A DNA stretch of 64,000 nt from an uncultured Planctomycetota bacterium (GTDB lineage Bacteria > Planctomycetota > Planctomycetia > Gemmatales > Gemmataceae). Under the pieces are notes generated by a model that was not told where the DNA came from, did not search any database, and saw nothing but the letters and a program-made list of their open reading frames with translations. The stretch spans positions 288,001-352,000 of the forward strand of contig CAWKHF010000005.1 in the NCBI GenBank assembly GCA_963849325.1. The letters are read 5' to 3'. A program made the translations under genes and the position numbers. Shown here one piece after another: positions 33,871 to 46,007 of the stretch; within the stretch, counting starts at the first letter, position 1; each line of letters starts with the position of its first letter.

Positions 33871-34429
33871 ATGAGCCGAGCACCGACCGTCGCCGCGCCG
33901 CCGCGCCCTCTCCTGGTCGATTACGTTTTCCTCCTCGTCGGGGGCAGTCTCTCCCTGTATCTCCTGCGGCTCAGTCCGCTGCTCGTCAAACCCGCCCACG
34001 CTGGCTCGTCCTCGTTCGTGCGCGAGTTCGTGGCCTTTCTGCCGTCGGCGATGCGTCTGCCGGAAGGCATCGTCCTTATGGGGCCGGTCTTTTACCTCAT
34101 CCAGCTCGTTCGGCGACGCGCACAAGGGCTGACGGCCCTGGAATGGCTGTGGCTGCTCAACGGGCTCGGCGTCGCCCTGTTGACGGGCCTGGCCGTATGG
34201 GAACGCTCGGGTACCCTGCCGGACTTCGCGCGGACTTATGCCTCGACACCGCGCCATTTGTGGTATCTGATCTTCGCGCCGTCGATGGCGGCGCTGGCGG
34301 TCGTCCTCGGCATCCTCGGCGTGCTGCGGCGCGGCGTGTCTCCCTGGACGCACACGTTGAGCCTGGCGCTGACTGACCTGGCCGGTGCCGCCGCTGCTGG
34401 GCATCCTCAGCCTCGGGAAATTCGCGTAG
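33871..34429 (+). CDS. Integral membrane hypothetical protein (indel near 3' end)
   Basis: About five hydrophobic segments; likely ends WPVPPLLGILSLGKFA-TAG just before the next RBS. Confidence 0.65.
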
Positions 34430-34441
34430 AGGGAGGACGGC

Positions 34442-35431
34442 ATGCCGGCGGTGCTGGGATTGGACATTGGCGGCGCCAACCTTAAGGCCGCGCACAGCGC
34501 CGGCCACGCGCTGAGCATACCGTTCGCCCTGTGGAAAGAGCCGGCCCTGTTGCCGCACGCGCTGCGCAAACTCCTGTGGACGATGCCCGCGACGGACGTG
34601 CTGGCCGTGACCATGACCGGCGAGCTGTGCGATTGCTTCGAGAGCAAGCGGCAGGGCGTCCACGCCATCCTCGACGCCGTGGCGGAGGCGGCCGGGACAA
34701 CTCCGGTGCGCGTGTGGCGCAACGACGGCCGTTTCGTGGACATCGCCGCGGCGCGGGAGTCGGCCCTGCAAGTGGCGGCGGCGAACTGGCTGGCCCTGGC
34801 GACCTTCGCGGGACGCTACGCGCCGAAGGGGCCGGCCTTGCTCATCGACATCGGCTCGACGACCACTGACATCGTGCCGTTGCGCAACGGACGGCCCACC
34901 CCGCGGAGGCGCACCGATCCGGAGCGCCTCCGCTGTTGGGAGTTGACGTACACGGGCGTTCGCCGAACGCCTTTGTGCGCCCTGCTCGGCGGCGATGGCG
35001 CGGCGGAATTCTTCGCCACGACGCTGGACGTGTACCTGCTTCTCGATTTTCTTCCCGAAGATCCGGCGGATAACAACACGGCGGATGGACGGCCGGCGAC
35101 GAAGGCCGCCGCCGAGGCGCGGATCGCGCGCATGCTCTGCGCCGACCTCGAAACCAGCACGGCCGAGCAGCGCCGTCGCCTCGCGGAACTCGTCATGGAC
35201 AATCAGGCGCTGCTTCTGGGCCTCGCCTTCAACCGCGTGGCGGGCCGCTTGCTCGCGCCGCCGCAAACCGTCCTGTTCGTCGGCGAAGGCGAGTTCCTTA
35301 TCAAAGCCGCCCTCGAACGCCAACAGGACATTCCGCCCTGCCGAGTCGTGTCCTTCCGCAGCGCGTTGGGTCCGGCCATCTCGCGGGCCGCCTGCGCCTA
35401 CGCCGTGGCGATGCTGGCGGCAGAGGAATGA
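34442..35431 (+). CDS. Hydantoinase/oxoprolinase-family H4MPT-linked C1 protein (MfnF-like)
   Basis: GLDIGGANLK, VTMTGELCDCF, AAANW, DIGSTTTDI, YTGVRRTP, AEFFAT, RIARMLCAD. Confidence 0.88.
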   Translation: MPAVLGLDIGGANLKAAHSAGHALSIPFALWKEPALLPHALRKLLWTMPATDVLAVTMTGELCDCFESKRQGVHAILDAVAEAAGTTPVRVWRNDGRFVDIAAARESALQVAAANWLALATFAGRYAPKGPALLIDIGSTTTDIVPLRNGRPTPRRRTDPERLRCWELTYTGVRRTPLCALLGGDGAAEFFATTLDVYLLLDFLPEDPADNNTADGRPATKAAAEARIARMLCADLETSTAEQRRRLAELVMDNQALLLGLAFNRVAGRLLAPPQTVLFVGEGEFLIKAALERQQDIPPCRVVSFRSALGPAISRAACAYAVAMLAAEE

Positions 35432-35435
35432 CCCG

Positions 35436-36071
35436 ATGGCTCCGTCTCCCCTCGCCGCCGTCGTCAAGGTCGGCGGCAGTCTGTTCGAGCTGCCCGATCT
35501 GGCGACGCGCTTGCGCGACTGGCTCGCGGCGGAGGGGAACAGCGGGACCGGCGTGCTCCTCATCCCCGGCGGCGGCCGCACGGCCGACGTCGTGCGCGAA
35601 CTCGATCGCCGTCACGGACTCGGCGAGGAGTCGTCGCACTGGCTCGCCCTTCGCGCCCTGTCGCTCAACGCTCATTTCCTGGCCGCGCTGCTGCCGTCGG
35701 CGTGCGTGGTCGAGGACGCGAGCGCTTGCAAGCAAGCCTGGAATAAAGGCATTATACCGATCCTCGAAGGTTATGAATTCGCGCGCGGCGATGAGGGCCG
35801 TGCCGGCTGTCTGCCGCACTGCTGGGCCGTCACCAGCGACGCCCTGGCCGCTCGCGTCGCCCTGGTCGTCCGTGCTCGTTCTCTCGTCCTGCTCAAGTCC
35901 ACGTCGATCCCGGCCGGTGTGGATTGGAGGGAGGCGGGACGGAGAGGGTTGGTCGATGACGTGTTCGCCGAGGTTCTGCGGCAGGCGCCGGCGGACTTGC
36001 GCGTACGCGCCGTCAACCTGCGGACGTGGGGAGCCCGAACCAGCGAGTTGTTCTCCGAGCCTGAAGCGTAA
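35436..36071 (+). CDS. Amino-acid-kinase family protein (MfnE-like)
   Basis: VVKVGGSL, IPGGGRTADVVR, HWLAL, LPHCWAVTSDALAA, LLKS; adjacent to the MfnF-like gene. Confidence 0.85.
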   Translation: MAPSPLAAVVKVGGSLFELPDLATRLRDWLAAEGNSGTGVLLIPGGGRTADVVRELDRRHGLGEESSHWLALRALSLNAHFLAALLPSACVVEDASACKQAWNKGIIPILEGYEFARGDEGRAGCLPHCWAVTSDALAARVALVVRARSLVLLKSTSIPAGVDWREAGRRGLVDDVFAEVLRQAPADLRVRAVNLRTWGARTSELFSEPEA

Positions 36072-36108
36072 GCGAAGAGCATCTCTTCGCTTACGCTTCA
36101 GGCTCGGA
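36054..36108. repeat. REP-like palindrome, family 2 (contains stop of upstream gene)
   Basis: TCCGAGCCTGAAGCGTAAGCGAAGAG-CAT-CTCTTCGCTTACGCTTCAGGCTCGGA. Confidence 0.9.
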
Positions 36109-36135
36109 CAGATGAGATGGCCGCTGGTGCTGGCC

Positions 36136-39129
36136 CTAGGAGCCTGGATGTCGGGCGTGCGGTGGCGTGGGCGTCGGCGTCGGTGTGGGCGTCGGTGTCG
36201 GGGTTGGAGTAGGTGTCGGCGTTGGCGTTGGTATCGGTGTGGGAGTGGGCGTCGGTGTTGGAGTGGGAGTGGGCGTCGGCGAGCCGGGATGTCTGGCGTG
36301 CGGCGGCGGCGTGGGCGTAGGAGTGGGCGTCGGTGTCGGAGTCGGAGTGGGCGTCGGTGTCGGAGTAGGAGTTGGTGTCGGAGTCGGTGTGGGCGTCGGA
36401 GTCGGAGTGGGCGTTGGGGTCGGTGTCGGAGTGGGCGTCGGTGTTGGGGTTGGCGTCGGCGTGCTCGTGGCTCCGGAGATGTTGGGGTCGGTGGCGCTGC
36501 CGCCGACTCCCGCCATCCCGTCCGAGCCGAGGATCCCTTCGCTGGCCGCTTGCCCATCGCTGCCGGCTTTTCCGGCACCGCCCACATTGCCGTTCGGCTC
36601 TCCGGGTCCCGCCGGTCCTCCCGCGCCCGCTTGGCCGCCGTGTCCCCCCGGTGCGGGAGTACCCAGGGCGGCGACGGCGCCTCCCTTGCCTCCCTGGCTG
36701 GCGGAGACCGTATTGTTGGCTACCGTGGTGCTGGACAGGCCGGCGACAAGGCCATTGGCGAGATAGAGTCCGCCGCCCTGGGCGGCTCCGCCAGTGCCGC
36801 CGTCGCCGCCGTTGCCATGAACCCCGGCTTGGCCGCCATCGCCGCCGTTGCCGCCCGAGCCGCCCTGGCCGCCGTTGCCGCCCGTTCTCAAATGGTAGCT
36901 GGTATTGCCGGCGCCGCCGCCGCCTCCTGTACCGCCTTTGCCGCCGTGGGCGCCGGCGCCTCCCATGCCGTCGACATAAGCGTTGCCATAAAGATCGGAA
37001 GTGCCGGCGTGCCCTCCCGCGCCGCCGTTGCCGCCCGTTGCCGAATTCTGTTCGACGCTGGAAGCGGTCAGATGGAGAGAGCCTCCACTCTGATACAGAC
37101 CGCCGCCCTGAGCGAGACCGCCACTGCCGCCGTTGGCGGCGTTTTCGCCATTGCCGCCATTGCCGCCGTTGCCGCCGTTGCCGCCGTCACCACCGTTGCC
37201 GCCGTCGCCGCCGATGCCGCTCTGACCCGAGTGCTCGAAGCCAGCTCCTCCCTGTCCTCCACCGACGCCGGCGCCGCCGTAGGCTCCGTAGCTCGAACCC
37301 GCGGCCGGTCCTCCACCGCCCGTGCCGCCGTAGCCCGCAAACCCGCCGTTCCTTCCGATTCCTCCATAGACGGCATTGAACGAGATTGTCGATTGCTGAA
37401 TGGTGACCGTGCTGGAAACGAGGTAAGCCCCTCCGCCTTCGGCCGTGCCTCCATTGCCTCCATCTTCCGGTTTGCCGCCCTCGCCGCCATCCCCGCCGTC
37501 TCCGCCATTTCCCGCTTTACCAGCCTTGCCGCCAATGCCACCATCACTCCCCACCCCGCCAGGGCCGCCAGGGCCGCCATGGCCGCCAGGACCACCTGCG
37601 GCCCCGAAACCTCCCGCTCCTCCTCCTCCTCCGAAACCTCCTCCGCCTGCCGCGGCGACATTTCCCGCCGTACCGCCGAGGGTGGACGATTGCAGCAGCA
37701 GGTTTGCGTTGCTGACGAACAATCCTCCTCCCTGAGCGGAACCGCCGTCGCCGGCCTTGCCGCCATCTCCGGCGTTGCCGCCGTCGCCGCCGTCGCCGCC
37801 CTGGCCGCCGCTGCCGCCGTCGCCGCCCTTCTTCCCCGGACTGAAATAGAGGGCGGGTTCTCCGATGTGGGTCGCACCATGTCCTCCTCCGCCGCCATTG
37901 CCGCCGGCGCCGCCCTGGCCCCCAAAATTGCCGCCTCCTCCACCCGCGCCGGCGCCGCCGCCGCCGCCGTAGCCCGAGGAGGCGCTGTTCCCTTCGATCG
38001 TCGAATTGTTCTGGATGGTGAGGGTGCCCTGACTGAGGTAGATGCCTCCGCCCTGGGCGTCGCCGCCATCGCCGCCATCGCCGCCATCGCCGCCATCGCC
38101 GCCGTCGCCGCCTTTGCCGCCCTCCTCTCCCGGCCGGCCATTCGATCCGGATACCCCTGTCTGGCCAGCTTGGCCGTCCTCACCAGGGGCGTTGTCGCCG
38201 CCTCGTCCGCCTCGGCCGCCATACATGCCACCGCCGCCGTAGCCGCCCTCACCGCCCTCGGCTTCGTTGTCCGAGATGGTACTTTGGATGAGGGTGAGGC
38301 TGCCGTTCTGGACATAAATGCCTCCGCCGGCGGCATCGCCGCCCTTGCCGGCATCGCCGCCCTTGCCGCCCTTGCCGCCGTCTCCTCCCTCCGTCCCCTT
38401 GCCGCCGTAGGTGAAATTGCGGTTCGTGGTATGCTCCACCGCTCCGCCGCCGCTGCCGCCCGCGCCGCCCGCGCCGCCCCAGCCGCCTTTGCCGCCATAA
38501 GCCTGGTTGTTCGACACCGTGCTTCCCTGGAGAACGAGCGTTCCGCCGCTGAGGAAGATGCCGCCGCCCTGACCGTCGCCTCCGGATAAACCATTCAAAC
38601 CGTTCTGCCCACTGCCGCCGGCGGCGCCGGCGACGGTTGCCGCTTGGCCGTTGGCTCCATTCCCTCCGTTGGCTCCGGCCGATCCCTGGGCAAAGCCCTG
38701 GGAAATGATCACATCGTCCAGCGTGACGTTGGCGCCCGCGCCGACATCGAGAATGCGAAACTTCGGCGTTCCCGCCGTGGTGCCGCGCTCGATGGTGGCG
38801 CCGTGGCCCTGGATGGTCAGGTTGGACGAGGTGATGACCGGCAGACCGTTGGCGCCGTCGGTGGTATTGTTCACCGTCGTCAGCTGGTAGGTGCCGTTGG
38901 TGGCCAGGACGATGGTGTCGGCCTGACCGTCTCCGTTGGCCGTTTGGATGGCGCTCGCCAGCCCGGCGACATCGCCGTTGCCGAGGGTGAACGTCGTCGG
39001 CGTCGTGCGGTCCTCGAGCGTTTCGAGCATGGGCCGAATGGAGCGACGCCGTTTCGCCGACCCGGCGCGGGTGTAGGGAGAAATGCCGTGCTTACCGAAC
39101 CATCGCTGCCGCAATTGCGTGAGCCACAT
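36136..39129 (-). CDS. Exoprotein A: planctomycete leader, Gly-rich beta-helix-like body, (PT)n-HARHPGS tail x2
   Basis: Intact ORF from [12 protein letters not shown]...[25 protein letters not shown] rungs alternate with GGxGGx tracts. Confidence 0.88.
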   Translation of the reverse strand: MWLTQLRQRWFGKHGISPYTRAGSAKRRRSIRPMLETLEDRTTPTTFTLGNGDVAGLASAIQTANGDGQADTIVLATNGTYQLTTVNNTTDGANGLPVITSSNLTIQGHGATIERGTTAGTPKFRILDVGAGANVTLDDVIISQGFAQGSAGANGGNGANGQAATVAGAAGGSGQNGLNGLSGGDGQGGGIFLSGGTLVLQGSTVSNNQAYGGKGGWGGAGGAGGSGGGAVEHTTNRNFTYGGKGTEGGDGGKGGKGGDAGKGGDAAGGGIYVQNGSLTLIQSTISDNEAEGGEGGYGGGGMYGGRGGRGGDNAPGEDGQAGQTGVSGSNGRPGEEGGKGGDGGDGGDGGDGGDGGDAQGGGIYLSQGTLTIQNNSTIEGNSASSGYGGGGGAGAGGGGGNFGGQGGAGGNGGGGGHGATHIGEPALYFSPGKKGGDGGSGGQGGDGGDGGNAGDGGKAGDGGSAQGGGLFVSNANLLLQSSTLGGTAGNVAAAGGGGFGGGGGAGGFGAAGGPGGHGGPGGPGGVGSDGGIGGKAGKAGNGGDGGDGGEGGKPEDGGNGGTAEGGGAYLVSSTVTIQQSTISFNAVYGGIGRNGGFAGYGGTGGGGPAAGSSYGAYGGAGVGGGQGGAGFEHSGQSGIGGDGGNGGDGGNGGNGGNGGNGENAANGGSGGLAQGGGLYQSGGSLHLTASSVEQNSATGGNGGAGGHAGTSDLYGNAYVDGMGGAGAHGGKGGTGGGGGAGNTSYHLRTGGNGGQGGSGGNGGDGGQAGVHGNGGDGGTGGAAQGGGLYLANGLVAGLSSTTVANNTVSASQGGKGGAVAALGTPAPGGHGGQAGAGGPAGPGEPNGNVGGAGKAGSDGQAASEGILGSDGMAGVGGSATDPNISGATSTPTPTPTPTPTPTPTPTPTPTPTPTPTPTPTPTPTPTPTPTPTPTPTPTPTPPPHARHPGSPTPTPTPTPTPTPTPIPTPTPTPTPTPTPTPTPTPTPTPPHARHPGS

Positions 39130-39154
39130 CGTTGGGATACTCCGCGGGTAAGGA

Positions 39155-39310
39155 GGCGTGCCGGCCGCCTGCGGGATGGTATTGCCGGCGTCGATGTTTG
39201 CCGTAATCCGTCCGCTGAATCGACGTTGAAGACGACGGGAGCGAGGCGATTTCCCAGTCGTTCCAAGCCGGATCGCGCAATTTCTTCCGGGATGGCAGGG
39301 GCCACCCTGT
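39155..39310 (-). pseudogene. Decayed 5' fragment of an exoprotein-E paralog
   Basis: Translates to [28 protein letters not shown] and [11 protein letters not shown], matching E's [29 protein letters not shown] and [14 protein letters not shown] aligns to 50965-51145. Confidence 0.8.
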
Positions 39311-39343
39311 TGGGTAGGAGAATTCATGGCGACTTAGCGGGCC

Positions 39344-39372
39344 AGCCTAAAATGTCTAATTCGCCCTGTCAA
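39344..39372 (-). promoter_or_regulatory. Sigma70-like promoter upstream of exoprotein A
   Basis: TTGACA-N17-TAGGCT; homologous to the promoter at 51176-51204. Confidence 0.65.
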
Positions 39373-39440
39373 GCAACCTGAAGAAGAATTAATTTTGGCG
39401 GGATGTCTCGTCCTGGACTCGCTGGCGCAAGACCGTCTCT

Positions 39441-39498
39441 CGGAGCCTGAAGCATAAGCGAAGGAATGTGCTGTCCTTCGCTTACGCTTCAGGCTCCG
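39441..39498. repeat. REP-like palindrome, family 2 (diverged)
   Basis: CGGAGCCTGAAGCATAAGCGAAGGA...TCCTTCGCTTACGCTTCAGGCTCCG. Confidence 0.85.
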
Positions 39499-39519
39499 TA
39501 AGTGGATCCCTGATTGGAA

Positions 39520-42500
39520 CTAGCCGCCTGGATGTCGGGCATGAGGCGGCGTGGGCGGCGGTGTTGGAGTCGGCGTGGGCGTCGGTGTTGGCGTGGGCGT
39601 TGGAGTCGGGGTTGGTGTCGGCGTGGGAGTGGGCGTCGGTGTCGGAGTGGGCGTGGGCGTGGGCGTCGGTGTCGGCGTGGGCGTCGGCGAGCCGGGATGT
39701 CGGGCGTGCGGCGGAGTCGGCGTGGGCGTCGGCGTAGGCGTTGGAGTGGGCGTGGGCGTCGGAGTGGGTATTGGTGTAGGTGTCGGGGTTGGAGTAGGCG
39801 TCGGTGTCGGCGTGGGCGTCGGCGTTGGAGTCGGTGTCGGCGTCGGCGTGGGTGTTGGAGTCGGTGTGGGCGTTGGTGTCGGCGTGGGCGTCGAGGTCGT
39901 GGCCCCGTAGATGTCGGGGGACGTGCCGCTCCCGTGTACGCCCGGCGTCCCGGCCGAGCTGGTGGAGCCTTCGCTGGCTTGCTGCCCATCGCTGCCCGTT
40001 TTTCCTGGACCGCCCGGGCTGCCGTTGTAGACACCGCCCCCTGCCGGTCCTCCGGCGCCCGGCTGGCCTCCATGCGCCGCCGCGAGGAGGAGGAGCCAGG
40101 GCGGAGACGATGCCGCCCGAGCCGCCCTTGCTGTCGGAGACGGTATTGTTGGCCACCGTGGTATTGGAGAGGCCGGCAACCAGTCCGTCGGCGAGATAGA
40201 GACCGCCGCCCTGGGCGGCACCGCCGGTACCTCCATCACCGCCCTTGCCCTGAGCACCACCCTGGCCGCCGTCGCCGCCGTTGCCGCCCGAACCAGCCTG
40301 GCCGCCGTTGCCGCCCGTCCTGCCGTAGCCGCCTCGTCCACCGTTGCCGCCGCTGCCGCCCAGGCGCCGGCCCCTCCGCCTCCGCCAAAAACGTAGGCAT
40401 TCCCTCCATCGGTGGCGTTCCCTCCCGGGCCGCCGTTGCCGCCCTGGGCCGAATTTTGCTCGACGGTGGAAGCGGTCAAGTTGAGGGAACCCCCACTCTG
40501 GTATAACCCGCCGCCCAGGGCCACTCCGCCACTGCCTCCCATGCCGGCATTTTGCCCACTACCGCCCTTGCCGCCGTTGCCTCCATTGCCGCCGTCCCGC
40601 AGGCGGCCACGCCCCCTTGCCCGCCTCGATAGCTGCCCGCATATCCGCCATTGCCTCCCCCTCCACCGACGCCTCCAATGGCTCCCAGAGGCGCCGTCCG
40701 AGGAGGCCTGGGCCTGACCGCCCCTGCCTCCATAGCCGGCGGCCCCACCGCCCCCACCCGCCCCGCTATTGGCCTCATTGAACGAGAGGATCGATTGTTC
40801 AATGGTGACGGTGCTGGAAACCAGATAAGCTCCTCCGCCTTCGGCGTCGCCTCCATTGCCGCCATCTTCCGGCTTGCCTCCATCGCCTCCATCTCCACCA
40901 TCCCCGCCATCTCCGCCTTTGCCCCCTTTGCCCCCGAAGCCGCCAATCGTCCCCGCTCCCCCATTGCCGCCTGTTCGCCCTGCTCCGCCTGCACCGCCCT
41001 GGCTACCCGAATCCACCGACACCCCCTCCGCCCGCATATCCGCCTCTGCCTCCCTGGGCCATGTTTCCTTCGTAGGCGGTATCCGCCAATGCGTGGAAGA
41101 CTCCAGAAGAAAGCGATCCGTTGGTGACGAATAAGCCGCCTCCCTGAGCGGCGCCCGCATCGCCGGCCTTTCCGCCATCTCCTGCCTTTCCTCCCGCGCC
41201 GCCCTCTCCACCATTGCCGCCACTGCCGCCATCGCCGCCCTTCTTTCCCGGACTGACCCACCAGTAAGGCGGGATTCCCAGCATTCGGGTTGGTTGCGCC
41301 ATTTCCTCCTCCCCCTCCATCACCCCCAGCCCCGCCATTGCCGCCCGGGCCGCCGAAGTCGCCGCCTGCACCACCTCCACCGCCGCCGCCATAGCCGGAG
41401 TAGGCGGTATTCCCTTCGATAGTCGAATGGTCCTGGATGAGGAGTGTGCCCTGATGGAGGTAGATGCCTCCCCCTGTGCGTCGCCGCCGTCGGCACCGTT
41501 GCCGCCATCTCCGCCATCCCCGGCGTCGCCGCCCTTGCCTCCTTCTTCACCGGGCCGACCATTCGCTCCGGATACTCCGGTCGCACCATTCATGCCGCTT
41601 TCGCCGCGAGCGCCATCGCCCCCTCGTCCTCCCACGCCGCCAATGCCCCCTGGGCCGCCATAGCCGCCGTCTCCGCCCTCCGCTTGGTTGCCGTTGATCG
41701 TGCTTTGGATAAGGGTGAGGCTTCCGTTTTGAACATAGATGCCACCGCCGGCCGCGTCGCCGCCCTTGCCGGCATCGCCTCCCCGGCCTCCGTTGCCGCC
41801 GGCTCCTCCCTCGGTCCCATTACCGCCGTAGAAGCCGAAGTTGCTGGTATGATAAGCAGCCCCGCCTCCCCTGCCGCCGTTGCCTCCGGCTCCGCCGCCG
41901 CCGCCGATGCCGCCGAGGGCCATATTGAATTCCAGCGTCGCTCCCTGGAGAACGAGCGTTCCGCCGCTGAGGAAAATGCCACCGCCCTGACCATCGCCGC
42001 CGTCCGACCCGTTCTTGCCGTCGCTGCCGTTTCCGCCAGCACCGCCGGGAGCGGTCGCTGCCTGACCGTCGGCGCCGATGGCTCCGTTGGCTCCCGCCGA
42101 TCCTTTGGCTAGACCGTGGGAGATGATTACGTCCTCCAGCGTGACGTTGGCGCCGGCGCCGACATCGAGGATGCGAAACGCCGGCGTCCCCGCCGTGGTG
42201 CCGCGCTCGAGGGTGGCGCCGTTGCCCTGGATGGTCAGGTTGGACGACGTGATGACCGGCAGACCGTTGGCGCCGTCGGTGGTATTGTTCACCGTCGTCA
42301 GCTGGTAGGTGCCGTTGGTGGCCAGGACGATAGTGTCGGCCTGGCCGTCTCCGTTGGCCGTTTGGATGGCGCTGGCCAGCCCGGCGACATCGCCGTTGCC
42401 GAGGGTGAACGTCGTCGGCGTCGTGCGGTCCTCAAGCGCTTCGAGCATGGGACGAACGGAGCGACGCCGTTTGGCTGCCCCGATGCGGGTGTGCGGAGAA

Positions 42501-42550
42501 ACGCTGTGCTTGCCAAACCATCGCTGTCGCAATTGCGTGAGCCACATCAT
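39520..42550 (-). CDS. Exoprotein B, paralog of A (several frameshifts in assembly)
   Basis: [13 protein letters not shown]...[10 protein letters not shown] start; Gly-rich frames join end to end; ends (PT)n-HARHPGS-(PT)n-HARHPGG. Confidence 0.82.
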
Positions 42551-42595
42551 TGGGAACTCCCGGACAACGGTATGATCGATGCTCGTTCTCTCCTC

Positions 42596-42638
42596 ATCCC
42601 AATCCCTCTCCCCCGAAACGGGAGAGAGGAATTGGGGA
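42596..42638. repeat. Palindrome (CCCTCTCCC...GGGAGAG type)
   Basis: CCCAATCCCTCTCCCCCGAAACGGGAGAGAGGAATTGGG hairpin in the B leader. Confidence 0.6.
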
Positions 42639-42818
42639 ACAGACCCTCCCTGTGAAGAAGTACGAGCCGGTAAGCCTGATTCTTACGGCAAAAAAGACAG
42701 CCTGCAACATTTTTTTTGGATTTTCCGAACTGCGAGCGCGGGCGTGCGAGAAGCGGCCCGCGAGCGGATGTGCTCGCGGGCCGGCTGGCGACATTCGCCG
42801 AGCGAAGAGGACGTCCCT

Positions 42819-45799
<2,981 letters not shown>

Positions 45800-45854
45800 G
45801 GGAGGACTCCGGGTCGAAGGGTTAGATCCGTTCACCTATCGCAACGGATTCTCG

Positions 45855-45922
45855 CCCTGAGCGGGGGCGTCAACCCCCTGAGAATGGCGGCACTCAGGGG
45901 GCTGACGCCCCCCCGCTCAGGG
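45855..45922. repeat. REP-like palindrome, family 3 variant
   Basis: CCCTGAGCGGGGGCGTCAACCCCCTGAG...CTCAGGGGGCTGACGCCCCCCCGCTCAGGG. Confidence 0.85.
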
Positions 45923-46007
45923 TGCGAAACCACGGCTAACCCAAAGTACGAAGCGAAAGAATGGAACCTGTCGCGCGACGGGAATTTTTTTCCGAACTGC
46001 GTCGCGG

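Noticed and set aside
36160-36465. Hexamer arrays with recurring 21-nt motif (also ~39545-39890, 42845-43140, 48250-48445, 55510-55635) as CRISPR arrays
   Set aside because: They are in-frame Pro-Thr coding repeats with no unique spacers of regular length and no cas genes.
35428-38589. 1053-aa plus-strand ORF and similar Ala/Pro/Arg-rich ORFs opposite the Gly-rich genes
   Set aside because: Antisense shadows of GGC-rich coding sequence in high-GC DNA, with no recognisable motifs or RBS.
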